This document shows, piece by piece, positions 12,076-24,473 of a DNA stretch of 64,000 bases (the first letter of the stretch is position 1; each line of letters starts with the position of its first letter). The position numbers and the translations under genes are program-made. The DNA is from Lama guanicoe. Its lineage: Eukaryota. The stretch covers positions 7,773,957-7,837,956 of the forward strand of contig MU053881.1 in the NCBI GenBank assembly GCA_013239625.1, written 5' to 3'. Under the pieces are notes generated by a model. The model worked only from the letters and a program-made list of their open reading frames with translations. It made no database searches and was not told the DNA's origin.

Positions 12076-13624
12076 GACCCCCATGTCTCCCAGGCTGTAG
12101 CAGGCAGGGCCACCGACTTTTCATGGGACCTATAGAGTGTTCGTGGCAATGTGTCCTGGGTCACTGCAAATCAAACACTCCCCAAACCCAGTCATCCTCC
12201 ACTCAGGTCCCAGATGCCTCGGCCGTGAAGTCGAGCCCTGAGATTGTCAAGTACTTTAGCTATGGACTCCTGGGACTCTCCCATAATCTGTGATATATTC
12301 TCCCCAAGAACTCTGCCCTGCATCCGAGTGGGACGTGTGCGAAATCCTCAGAGTTGTCGTATTTTAATAAGAAGAAACAAGTAACTCCTTGTTTACACTC
12401 CAGCTTTCGGTCCCCACACTGATTCCTTATTCACACCCTTGGCTCATGAAAGAGCTCAAACAAAGTTTCATTCCCCAAGGCTGGGGGAAGGGTGGAAAGT
12501 CTTAATTTTTTTTTTTAACCTGCTCAAGGTCTTGTCCAAACGAGTTGTCACCAAAAAATGAAAGCCAGATGTTATTTTAGCGAGAAATAAATATGTGGCC
12601 AAGCTGCTGATTGAACCCGAGGTCTCCCTGGATGGTTTCCACGTGTGTCGGTAGCTGGATGCCCAGGTACCGCGGCTCACTCTCTTTGTCTTGACTTCAC
12701 GGAGGCACAGCACGCACAGATGGCTAATGAGCAATTAGCATCCGAGCCCGCATCCCTCCATGGCCGTACCCATCGGCTCATAAGTCAGATTCAAACCAGC
12801 TCCGTGAGCCGCCGGGGGCTTCTGAGTTCAGAGTGAGAGGCAGAGACCCATGTCTGGAAAAGGGGGAAAAAGACTGGGAAAGACAAATTCAAGCTCCAAG
12901 TGCTTCCTCCAGCTTCTCAATGAGGGATCTGCTTTTGTTGGGAGCCCTGAAATCCTCACGGGGAACATACTTCAGATAACAATCGAGGAATTACAGATGA
13001 AATCAGGGCCTCAGAGCACAGAGCGGCCCTTTGGGGTTTAACATTACAGCGTGTTCTTCCCCACGCCTGATTCAATGGTGAGCTTTTCAGCCAAAGGAAG
13101 TGTTTTCGGTAATTGGCCGAATCTCTGTAGGAAGACCGCTGAGCTCGCTACTGCTTCCATCAGCGTTTCTCTTCTCTTGGATTTTTTTCTCACACTTTTC
13201 AAGTTCTAGATACAATCACTTGTGCCCTGGCCTTTGAAACATGTTGCCCTGGCATTAGAACTTCCTTGGAGGGCAGAGAAGAGTTGGGAGAGGGGATAGA
13301 ATGGAGCACAAAGTGTCAGGGGGGCCCAGAGCAGAGATAAACCCTTGGGGAAGAGGCGAGCAGCGTCAGACTGGAGGTTGTGGGCAAGGGAATTAGAGGG
13401 CCAGGCGGGCAGCTGATGGGAATTAGGGATGTCCCACCCCAGACTGGGAGCAGGGCGCGTGGGCAGAGCCAGCCGGAGGGAGGCCTGCGTTCCGGCTGAC
13501 CACAGAGAGTCTAGGGGAGGAAGCCCAAGGGGCAGGATTATAGGCACCCAGCAAGGGTCTCTAGGGAAAGAGGGGTCTGGCAGAGGCGAGACTGGGCCCC
13601 ATCTTTAAGGAACCTCTCTGAGGT

Positions 13625-13745
13625 AAACCTCCTATGTAAATTGAAGACAATAGTTCATCGCTCATAGGGTTATTATGAGGATAAAACAGATTGAGCACCA
13701 TAAAGTGTTCAAGTGAGTGGCACTCAGTAAGTGTTGTTATTATTA
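13625..13745 (+). mobile_element. MIR SINE fragment
   Basis: ctcatagggttattatgaggataaaacaga...tggcactcagtaagtgttgttattattatt. Confidence 0.7.
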
Positions 13746-13869
13746 TTTCCAGGCAAGGGTTTAGACGTGATGAAACAAGGAAAGACAGTTCCTGAAACAT
13801 GAGCTGATTATAGGAAAGAAGTTTTTCAAACTAGGTTAGCTTGGCCTTTGAAATGTACTATTTATTTAT

Positions 13870-15370
13870 TCATATATTCATTCAGTCTTTCTTTCCTCAG
13901 TCAAGAAATCTTTACTGAGCCCCTTTGATGTGTGAAGCCCTGTTCTAGGCCCAGGGACACAGTGGCGATTTAGAGCAGAGGTTGGCAAACTGTGGCCCAT
14001 GGGCCAAAGCTGGCTCAATGCCTGTTTTTGTAAATAAAGTTTTATTGGAACACAGCCATGCCCATTCACTTGTGTATCGTTTATGGCTGCTTTCATGCTA
14101 CGTTGGTAGAGTTGAGTAGCTGCGGCAGACAGCACAGAGTCTGCAAAGCCGGAAGTAATTACCATCTGGCTCTTCACAGAAAACGTTTGCTGAGCCTGAT
14201 CTAGAGAGACCCTTCAGTGTGGTGCCCGCTCTCTAATGAAAGAGGCAAGTCAATAGAAAATTGCAGTCTAGTAAAATCATTTCAGAGGACCATGTAAGAA
14301 GAAAAGAAGATCAGACAGGCTTCCTAGAAGAGATGCCGTCTCAGCTGAGACCTGGAGGCTGAATAGGAGTTAGTGAAGTAGAGGAGAAGGGAAAAGTGTT
14401 CCAGACAGAGGGAACAACATGAGCAAAGGCTCAGAGGTAAGAGAGAGCAAGGTGTGTTCAGGAGCTGAACGAAATTCATCATGACTGGAAGGACCAAGGA
14501 CAGGGGACATAAAGCTTCACAAGTAGAATGAAGTTTTGATGATTTGCTGAGGGCAGGGAGGAGATACTAAAGCATTTTCAGCAGGGGAACAACATAACTA
14601 GGCTTATACTATAGGGATGTCAGTCGACCTGGAATATGGAAGCTGGATTTAAAAGTTGAGTGGAAGGTTAGGATCAAGACTAGAGGCATAAAGGCCAGTG
14701 GGGAGCCCATCTCAGTAATGCAGGGGGTGAGCATGGTAACCTGAACTAGGAGGTAGCAGGGGAGTTAGAGGAAGAGAATGATTTGGAGACATATTTAAGA
14801 GGCAGTGCTCAGAGCACATAGCGGTTGATGGCCCTTGGGGAGTGTCAAGTGGAAGGGAGTGAAACATGGAAGAGGGTCATTCCCGGAGACGGGGACCATG
14901 TGGGCAAGAGCAAGGTTGGGGTGGAGGGAGATGACAGCGTCCATGTTGGACATGCCTGTGGGACGTCCACGGGGAGATGCCAAGTTGGAGAGTTTCCAGG
15001 GCAGCTCATGTCATTCATTCCACTGCTTTAAGACAAGAGGTGAAGGTGTTAGCCACTTTGATATCTGAAGGAAGTGTTTTCTACGAAGAGGAAAGCAAGG
15101 AAAGGCTCAGGGGAGAGTGCGCCCTGATGTGTCCTGGGAGTAGCAGGGAGGCCACGTGGCTGGAGCAGAACGAGAAAGTGGGAGAGCGGGAGGAGGCTGT
15201 GATGTCCATCTCGCCTTCACCCCGAGTGAGATGGGAGCCAGCGGAGGGTCTCGAGCAGAGGAATGACTTGATCAATGAGGGTTCTGAAAGGATCACTCTA
15301 GCTGCGAGGGAAGAACAGGATGTCAGGGAGTGAGGGTGGAACCAGGAGACCAGTCAGGGGATGACGGCAA
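13870..15370 (-). mobile_element. L2 fragments (interrupted by MER58A)
   Basis: Purine-rich antisense L2 motifs: gttccagacagagggaacaacatgagcaaaggctcagagg; tggctggagcag; gagcagaggaatgacttgatc. Confidence 0.75.
13976..14198 (+). mobile_element. MER58A hAT-Charlie MITE with 8-bp target-site duplication
   Basis: cagaggttggcaaact...gtaaataaagttttattggaacacagccatgccc...tttgctgagcctg; flanks atttagag (13968-13975) / atctagag (14199-14206). Confidence 0.9.
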
Positions 15371-15419
15371 ATCTGAGTGCACCTCCTCCTCCTCTGTGCG
15401 CATCAATTTTCCCTTCTAG

Positions 15420-15882
15420 CCTGACAACCTCAGAATCTCTGTGGCTTAACAAAAAGCAACATTTATTTGCCTCACTGATGGGTCATGGTTTGGCTGGGTT
15501 TGGCTGATTTCAGCTGATCTCAGCTAGGCTCGGCAGGGCGTGGATTTGGGCTGTAGATGGGGTCCAGGAGCTTTCATGTGACTTCTCAGTCTCCTTGGGG
15601 CTGGTGGCTACCAGAGGCATGTTTTTCTCATGGCAGATGGAAGAAGAGATGAGGTCAGGCCACATCACAGAAGCACATTTAAAGCCTCTGCTCGCGTCAC
15701 ACCCACCGACTCTCTGTTGGCCAAATCAAGGTACATGGCTAAGCCTGGCATCCTGGGACAAGGAAATAGACACTGCCCACTTGAATGGGAGCTCCTGCAA
15801 AGACACGTAGCCAAAGTCTGGGGTGGATGATTCCATAGTGGAGAAGAAGGAAAGAACTGGAAACAGCAAACCAACTTACCAC
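15420..15882 (-). mobile_element. MLT1-type (ERVL-MaLR) LTR
   Basis: gtggcttaac...catttatt; gcatgtttttctcatggcagatgg; gcacatttaaagcctctgct; ttggccaaatcaaggtacatggctaagcc. Confidence 0.75.
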
Positions 15883-16194
15883 GTCCTCATCCAGTGTCAC
15901 CAAGTTATGCTCTATCATCTTCCTCTTTCTGTTATCCATCCCTGACGCTGGTCCTCTTTGACCCACACACAGCCTTCATGTGATCTCCTTTGTGTTCTCT
16001 CCACATCGACTCTTGTTTCTTCCAGACAACACATCCTGCCCACTGCCGGCTGAGTTTTCTTTCCTACAAGGTTCCTTACTTCACACTGATGCTGCTTGAA
16101 AAACTTCAGTGACCAGCCATTTAGCAACACAGGGTTCCCCAAATGCCAGTAATTTCTATACCCTCTTCATGGTTTTGGTTAATGTGTCACACCT

Positions 16195-16195
<1 letters not shown>

Positions 16196-16250
<55 letters not shown>
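16196..16250. repeat. (TAT)18 perfect microsatellite
   Basis: Direct read. Confidence 0.97.
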
Positions 16251-16252
<2 letters not shown>

Positions 16253-16879
16253 ATAGTTTCCTTAATGTAACTTTAAGACAGCTTACTTTTTTCCCCTAGC
16301 CTCATCTTAAATCATAATGACCACAAGAAAGTTGTATATTTTTTCTTAAACACGTGTGCTGATGAAAATAAGCAAGCTTGTGCACTGACGCTCTGAAATC
16401 CCTAGAGATATGGTGATTGCAGGTGGGACCCACTCACCTCCCACCGTCCCTGCAGCTTCATCCCACTGGTCTAACCTTCACTCTCACCTCAACATATTTC
16501 TGCTGCTGGGATCATGATGGTCTCCTCACTGTCTGTGCACCTGTCATGGAAGAGGATTTGCTGGGTGCCTTGCTCTAATGCCCTTGGAACTGGAAGACCC
16601 TACCTTTTTCTCTCTGCCTGTCCTTCAAGACGTGCCTCCTCCACGTGGCCCCTCGCCCCTCGTTAGCAGGTTCTCACTTCCTGCTGCACTTAGGGTCTCT
16701 GCCCATCGCCAGTGTTCGAGCTTCTGCTTCTCTCATCATTCCACGTGTACAGATCTCACCGACCTGGTACATGAGTGCCCCAAGCCTTGCATGGCCTGTG
16801 CCTGCCAAGTCTCTCTCCATCCACCCTGCAGGGATTCCTCATCCTTCACTCTGCATATTAAAACAGATGCTGTTTCTGT

Positions 16880-17190
16880 GGTGTCCCGTCACAGTGCTTT
16901 GGCCGTGTTTCCTCTCTGCCCTTTCTCTGTCTTTTCATTCCCTGGCTCATTCCTTGTCTTTCAAGATGCTAATCAAATATTGCCTCCTCCAGGAAGCCAT
17001 AAAGACTGCTCCCACGGCTTGCTGTATGTCCTTCTCTCTGAGCACACGTCACATGTGTGCCCGTGGTCCCCGGTAAACTTACCTCCCTTCCCCACTAGAC
17101 TGACTGTAAGCTCTTTAAGGAAAGGATCTTGTTGGACTTTGTGTCCCAGAGCATGACATAGAAGAGGTACTTAGTAAACATTGAATTTTC
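16880..17190 (+). mobile_element. L2 3' end
   Basis: cccactagactgactgtaagctctttaaggaaaggatc...gtacttagtaaacattgaat. Confidence 0.7.
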
Positions 17191-17624
17191 AAGCAATTTA
17201 CGAACTAAGTGACTTGAACTTTGCTGTTTCAGCAGGACTATACACTCTTTGAGGGCAGAGATCTGCTTTCCTTTCCCCCCCCTTCCCCATGCTGCTTGCC
17301 CCAGGTAGGCAGACAGTAGGTGCTTATTACATTTGCAACAAGATGAGCTTCTTAGGAAATGCATGAGGTGGCTGTGGTTGATGGTGAAAATTGATGCCAA
17401 TTAAGGTAGCTTAGCAATTGTAGACTCTTTTAGGCCTATGCTGATTTTGAACACCAAATGCATCATGATTTTGACTCCTGAAGGCATACGGGGCTGTGTT
17501 GGAGCCCTTTGCCTTTGTTCATGATTGAAAAGAAAGATAAAATTCATGTTAGGTACCTTATCCTGTGCATTCTGTATCAGCTCTACATCTGGAGATGGTG
17601 TCGGATTCTTTTTAGGATGAAATT

Positions 17625-17645
17625 TGTGTGTGTGTGTGTGTGTGT
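17625..17645. repeat. (TG)10 microsatellite
   Basis: Direct read. Confidence 0.9.
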
Positions 17646-19544
17646 AAAACAGAGAAAAAGAGAGATAGCAGTCCAGATGCCAGCACACCTGGAATCTATT
17701 TGTGAGGATCACTGGTTCAGTCCACAGCTTGGACCATTCATTTATTTCTCTCTAAGTGAACATCTGGGATTCAGTTTGGGACGCCAGCAAGTTTGGACGG
17801 GATCTCAAAACCGTGGCTGGGATAGGGGACTGCTCGCCTGAGGTGGGAGTGAGAGAGGGGAGCAGGGGCTCTCAAACTGTTCTGCAGAGTTTAGTTCAAA
17901 TGCAATAGCCAGAGGGCTGAGAGCCCCTTCCCATGCTGGAAAAGCATTCAAAACAAGGAGTAACCAAAGGAGAGCCAATCAGATCAAAGCGGTAATGCAG
18001 TCTGAAAAGTGCCCCCTTTCTTCTTGCACCCTGTTCCTTTTCCACCCCATAGTGCTAAAAATATCCAGGTAGCTTCCTTTTCTAAGGAAAAAAACAAAGA
18101 AGAAGAAGGAAAAACAAACAAACAAAATCCCTCGGACCTGGACCAGAAAGGAAATGCTATGAGAAAGTATAATTCTAATTAGTTATAGATGAGAATTGGT
18201 CACAGATGATTATTCTACATTCCTTTGCTCATGCCTGGGAGGGCTTAAAAGATCTTTTTTTGTTGTTAGATATATGTATCTAGATACCTAGATAAACACG
18301 GAGACACTCACCATCATTAACAAATCTTGCAGAGTGCAAGTGTTTAGAACAGAAATGAAAGGGGAATTTGTCATTCACCAGCTAGGGATGTTTGAATCTT
18401 TTGCCATCTGTCCTCTTTTCTCCTTTCTTTCATTTTTTTCCTTCTTTTTTCTTTTACTTTGAACTTTCTCAAAACGAAAGGAAAGGTCAGTGGGTTCAAA
18501 CAGGATCATCTTAAACAGCGCACTTCCAGAAACCTTGTGCAGAGTTGCACCTGCCCTTGGTGACATCCACCAGCTCGAGTATTTCTCCTTCGATTTGCAT
18601 CTGTCATGTTCCTACCTGCGGGTTGGAGGGGTTGGAGACCCAGATGAAGGGCCTAGAATAATCCAGAAAGTCCTGTGGTGGGCTGTGCTCGTGCCGTCCT
18701 ATTGAGAACCAGCTTTGCAGCATTGTGTGGGGGATTTTTAGTGGGATGGGGGAATCCTACAGCTGCCTAAAGTATTTGTCTCTTAATTCCTAGTAGAAAT
18801 GACTCAACAGCCACTGCAGGCTGCTCAGGACGCGCGCAACGTCTTGATGGAGCGTGTTTTTACAGAACTATGCTAACTTCTAAGCAGTTCTCAATCCTCC
18901 TTTCCTGCTCAGCGCAGCTCTCTCACTTTCATTCCCAGGCAGCACAGACAAGAGAGAGTTAGCCTTCGGGAACCTTCTGCCTTTTTTTTTTTTTTCCAGC
19001 ATTCTTCTTTTACTGATACAGAAACCTCACTCTCATGCCCCCCCATGGTGTAGGGACCCCTCACCCTCACTCTGGCTTCACTTGGTTCTGAAACTGCCCC
19101 TGCTTGTCGCTCACCCCACTGTGCAGTTCAGATGGCGTGGGCCTCCCGCTCCTCAGCTTTCAAGACCCTCTTTCAAGCACTGTGATAAACGTGCTTAATT
19201 TGTGCTATGGTGACCGCAACCCTCCGGCTACCTGGCTGCAACGCCTCTGGCAGGTCCTCAGTGAGATCCTCTGGCTTTTTGTCTGTCTGTTTTGTTTTTG
19301 TTTTTGCTTTCATTTTTTTGGTTCTTTTTATTATCGTTGAAGGATAGTCAGCTTGCAATTTTGCATCAATTTCTGGTGTACAGCTACTCTGATTTTAATG
19401 ACCAGAGGTGAGGTCGCCAGCACGGGGGTGTTGAGGCAGCACTGCATAGCAACTTACAGCCCTTTATGTCTCCCACAGAGTTTACCATCTTCTCCTCGTG
19501 TGTTCCTCGGTGATTCTGTGGGATAGGGGAAGCAGGTATGCACT

Positions 19545-19695
19545 CACTCATCCATTCATCCGTTCTACCAACCAACTAACCAACCAGACATTTATCGAGC
19601 ACCTGCTGGTTGCTAGAAACTATTCTAAACTCATGAGTTGCAGTGAAACAAAACAGACAAAAACCCTGTTCTCGGGGCGCTTCATCCTAGAATGG
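19545..19695 (-). mobile_element. L2 3' tail
   Basis: cactcatccattcatcc...acatttatcgagcacctgct...aaaacagacaaaaaccctg. Confidence 0.7.
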
Positions 19696-20047
19696 ATGTC
19701 CTCATAAATATTATTATCCCCAGTATTCACAGAAAGAAACCAAGAAAAAGAGAATTTCAACCCTAAGGTCGGATCACTCCTTTAGATCTGGATTTAGAAT
19801 CCAGATACTGTGTCCAGCTCTCAGAGTAAGGCGAGCAGCATGGGGGTCACAGGAATCAGCTCACCCAGCCCCCGGTTCTGTGGAGGGCAGTGGTCCACAC
19901 AGTCACATGGCTCTTGGGGGCAGAGCTCGGGCCGTAGCCTGGCTTTCCTAAGTGCCAGCCCCCGGACCCTGCCCATGAGTTCTTGGACCCTGCAGTGGCC
20001 TGAAATTCACTGGACCTGTCACTGTCCCTCACCCACCTAGTGACCTC

Positions 20048-20374
20048 TGTTTTAGTCCACTCAGGCCGCTGTAACCCAGTACCACAGACCGGGTAGCTTA
20101 AAAGCAACAGAGATGTCTTCCTCACGGTTCTGGAGGCCGGGGGTCCGAGATCGGGGCTGTGCTGTGGTTCTTCCGGGTGTCCTGCTGTGTCCTCACACGG
20201 CAGCAGGCACGAGGGGTCTCTGTGGAGCTGCTTCTATAAAAGCACTGATCCGTTCCTGCCCTCATATTCTAATCAGGTCTCCGAGACCCCATCCCCTAAT
20301 GCTGCCATCTTGGGGGTTAGGGTCTCAGCGCATCCGTTTGGGGGGAGGGGCATACAAACATTCAGACCGCAGTG
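20048..20374 (-). mobile_element. MLT1A-like solo LTR
   Basis: tgttttagtcc...gctgtaac...ctcacggttctggagg...acaaacattcagacc; 5-bp TSD acctc / gcctc. Confidence 0.85.
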
Positions 20375-20599
20375 GCCTCCGTACTTCCTAACCCAGCAGA
20401 GATTTCACAGCCCATTTTCCTGAGTACTGTTAAGCGCACTCCCTCAGCTCCTTTGCCCAGCCCTTCCTCCCTCCCAGTGCCTGGGAAAACCCGAGCCTTG
20501 GCTGAATTCAGTCTTCCCTGGTCTGCACCCTCCCACCCAGGAGACTTGGGTGCGGCCGGAGAATTAACACGTGCCACGTGGACGACTCTCACTCACCAC

Positions 20600-21770
20600 T
20601 CAGGGTCACTGACCTCGCGGGGACTTGCTGCTGCCCACCAGCCCTCCAGCCTGTCCTGGTCAGTTCACTCTCCTGCTCTTTCCTGGCTGCCTTCTTCTCA
20701 CCTTCTCTCCTCAGTCATCAAACAGCCCCTTCTGCCTCCCTTGGTCTTTGCTGAGAAGACAGAAGTAGTTGGAAGAGGCCTTCCACGGACTTCCACACCC
20801 GGAACCACCATACGCGGTCCCCTAACCTAGGCCTTCTCTGCTCTTGCCACCGATGACCTGTCCTGGGCCCTGTCAGAGGCCGTTGCCATCACCTGTGCAC
20901 TGGAATCTCCCCTGCTGCCCATTTAGGAGCCTCACTAAAAATATCCCCTCATCCCCTGCATCCTTAATTTACTGCTTGACAGATCTTTCATATCAGCATT
21001 CGAGTTGCAGTTTCCCCCCATCTTAAAAAATAAAAGCAAAACTCTTCTTGACCCCTGTTCCCCTGCTAGCTATCGACCCGTTTTCTGCCGCCCTTTATAG
21101 CAAAATCCCTCAAAATTGTTGTTTTCCCCTCCCTCTCTTTCTTGAACCACTCCAGTTAATCGTCATGCCTGACTCTGTACCAAGCTGCTCTTTCCAGGTC
21201 ATCATATTGCCAACTTCAGTGTTGTCTTTCTCTACCTCTTGGCAGCATTTGACAAGCCAGTCCCTTCCTCTCCTCTTCCCTCCTTGGAGCCCTTTCTTCA
21301 CTTGGCTTCCACAATTCCACCTTCTTGCTTCTCCTGCTACCACATAGCAAGGTTTCCTCCTCGCTCTGGTCTCTAGTGGATGGTGCGGCCCAGGACTTAG
21401 TCCTAAGTCTTCTTCATCTCCCATGGTGGCCGTGGTGCATATAGTTAAATCCCAACTACATCTCCCATTTGGTCTCATCCCTGAAGCCCAGATTTGCATA
21501 TCCAGTTGTCTATCAGGTGTCTGCACGTGGATAGTTATTGGCATGTCCAATTTAACGTGTCACCTCTGGTCCCTCACCAGAATTGCTCTACCCGCAGTCT
21601 TTTCCCACGTCAGGTAACAGGGAGTCCAGACTTTCAGATGCACAGGCTGAAACCTTAGCATCACCCTTCATTCTCCTGTCTCAAGCTTCACCTCCAAGTC
21701 CATTGGCAAATCCTGTCTGCTCCACCTTCAAAATATTCCCATCTTAACACCTCTGCAGGGGCCACCCTGG
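20600..21770 (+). mobile_element. L2 fragment
   Basis: ggcagcatttgaca; catatccagttgtctat...ggcatgtccaatttaacgtgtc; gcaaatcctgtctgctccaccttcaaaatat. Confidence 0.75.
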
Positions 21771-23021
21771 TAGCAGGGTAAAGAGACTTCCCAGAGAAGG
21801 GAGGAGCTTGCACTGAAACCCTGAGGCAGGGGAAGATGCATGACTGGAGTACCTCAGAAGGGAGAAAGGCGTGATTCTTCAGTCTGGGGAGCCGCCTGCC
21901 CTTTTGGCCCCGTCATGAAATGGGGTTGAAGCAATCCCTGTGGGGATCTGAGCTTTGGCCGCTGCCAAGTGGTCTGGCTGTCTGGAATAGGTCTGTCCAG
22001 CTCTGAGGGATGTGCAAGACTCTGTTCATTTCATGCGCATTACATCTGCAGTCTATGTTGTGTGTGTGTGTCGGTGTATATGCGTTCACATGCACGCATA
22101 AGTATGTGTTTTCTCCCACTCTGGACATCTTTTCCTGGATCCTGAGCCTTCAGTGTACCAAGGTAGTTCCATGTCCTGTCTGCTGGGGGATCCCCAGAAC
22201 CACCTGCTCATGACTTTAGTCCTAGATGAAGCAGCCTTGGGGTTCCCTGCATTGTTCTAGACAAAAATGACCTAGGCCTTTTGGGTGAGTCACCCTAGAA
22301 CAAGATGACCTCAGAGCGCTTGGCTCCTTCTCTGCAGAGCCAGGACTCTTGCCCTTTATCCGCCCCCCCCCCCGCAACACTTTGCTCCTCCTGAAATCAG
22401 GGTCTTCTAGAGACGGGTATTTGGGCACACGGCAGCAGCTGGGACAGGGTCAGAGGCAAGGCAGGCTCAGGCCACTGATGTGCTCTGCTTTATCCCTAAC
22501 AGCCGTGTAATTAGAGGAAAATTGGTCCAATGTGAGGTGCGGGAAAGTTCAAAAGGGGTTGTTTTAGGGTCTTTGTGCTTGTTTTCTTTTCATGCTGGAG
22601 CCTTGCGTTGGTTCCTAGCGAGGTGAGATCCTGGGCAGGCCCCAGAGCTCTCTAGAACTGGACAGATATCTCAGAACAAAGTCACGCGTGAGGGCAGGCA
22701 GGGGCTGAGAATGCCCTCGGGGAAGTTCTGAATGGACAGACCGTTTAGGTCTGAGAGGGGAACAAGGATAAATGCTCTTAAGAGATGGCTGCGGATTCCC
22801 CTCCTGGCTTGGGGGCAGTGATTTCCTGGGACCCTCAGAGCCTACTGAACCTAGAGGGCAGCAGGACATTAAATAGGCCTTGGGCAGTAAGGCCAAGGAA
22901 GCACAGGGTCAGTTTCCTAGTCTGCTCTGGCTCAGTGTCTCTAGCTATAAAATGAGCAGATACTTGGCTTCTAGGATTGTTGGGTGGCCTTCTGGTCAAC
23001 CAAGCACCCAAAAGTTAAGGA

Positions 23022-23250
23022 AGCAGAGTGGTGAAGGGGTTCAGAGCATGGATTTTTGGTGTCAGAAAGAGATCTGTCCAAACCTTATTTATCAGCTGTG
23101 TGACTTTAGACAAGTCCCATAACCTCTCTGTGCCTTAGTTTCTTTGTGTAAAGTAATGACAGTAGCAATGTCACTTTAAGGCTGAAATGAGATAACGCAT
23201 ATAAAGCACCTCCCGCAGCACTTAGCATGCTGTAAGTGCCTTGTGTTGAC
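23022..23250 (+). mobile_element. MIR SINE
   Basis: agctgtgtgactttagacaagtcccataacctctctgtgccttagtttc. Confidence 0.8.
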
Positions 23251-23335
23251 AGAAAAAAAAAAAAAGGAAGGAAGGAAGAAACAACAAGAACGAAGAGGTC
23301 ATTGTTGCTTTGATGCTAAGGCAAGTTGGTTATTA

Positions 23336-23649
23336 TGATAGTGCTCACCAAATATCCAAGCATCCCTGTGGGTTTCCCAGCTTGTTTTGCAGTTAGGTTC
23401 GGCCGTGTGACTAGTTCTGGCCAACAGACTGAGAGCTGAAGTGATAGGAGTCACTACTAGGTCAAGGAAGTTAAGAGGTGATACAGCTCCTCCCCAGAAC
23501 CCTGACCTGGGAGGCCACATGGTTCTCTTTAGCATCTTATAAGACAGAGCAAGCCCCTTGTGTGAGTATGGAATCTGTGCCCACTGGGTTAACCCAATGA
23601 GATTTTAGAGTTTGTTTGTTACTGCTAATAGCCTTGCTGACCAATACAA
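23336..23649 (+). mobile_element. MLT1-type LTR
   Basis: ttgcagttagg...gtgtgactagttctggccaa...tttgtttgttactgc...ctgaccaataca terminus. Confidence 0.75.
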
Positions 23650-23822
23650 TCATCTATGAAGGAGAGATAAATCTCCCCTCCTTCTGACCTCTTGGGGCAT
23701 CTGGGGATGATGATAATGATAATAGCAGTAGCTGTAACAGCTACCATTTATTGAGCACTTGAGAAACACTGCAGAGCCCATCACAGATGTGAAACCATTC
23801 AGCCCTCTCAGGTATCTCTCAC

Positions 23823-24473
23823 GAGGTTCATGTTTTGCTATTACATAATGATTGTGTTCCTGAAATAAGCTTTTAAGTTATTTTTGAAAAAGGCTCTCTT
23901 AAACAACTTCAGTGAGGAAAAAACTGCTTAGGGCAAGCTTTCCAGACTATGACAACAAAGTTATTTCTCCGACAGAAATGTCAAAAGTAAAGGTTTTTAA
24001 TTGCTATTAGGACGTTTTTGAAGTTACAAACTAAAAATAACAGATTTTCAAAACTGACATTAGCCAACCTAAATGTCACTGAGCAAATGCTGAATTCCAT
24101 GGAAGACAAGATTCAGGTCAACTTGCTTCCAGACCATCAAAATAAATTGTGGCTTGGTCCAGAAGTGCTATTAAAAGGAGGTCCCAGTAGATCTCAATAA
24201 AGCTGCTACCCAAAAACTGTAAAACTAAAAATACATTTAAAAAAAAAAAAAGGGAGATCCAAATAGTAAAGAATAGCCAGTCACCCAACTAAAGTGGCCC
24301 CGGGGCGTTGGATCTGTAAGCCGCTAGATCTTCCCCCCACGCATGCAGGGGCCGTTTCTGATCATAACAGTGGTATAAAGCAGCAATTGGCACAAGTCAG
24401 GTTCCTTGCTGAACTGGTCATGTTGCATCCAATTTACATGGTGAAAATGTGCATAGCAGGAAAAAAAGCCCTG
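23823..24473. mobile_element. Probable Tigger-type (TcMar) DNA transposon remnant
   Basis: AT-rich block with Tigger-like ends (tgtgttcctgaaa near the start; gaaaatgtgcatagcagg...ccctg at the end). Family uncertain. Confidence 0.4.

Noticed and set aside
12850..13041. ORF starting MSGKGGKRLGK, reminiscent of the histone H4 N-terminus
   Set aside because: Similarity ends after about 11 residues, with no KRHRK or histone fold. It comes from a purine-rich stretch and is most likely chance.
16125..16420. Possible hAT-type MITE around the (TAT)n array
   Set aside because: It starts cagggttccccaaa, but I could not identify a matching terminal repeat or a family.
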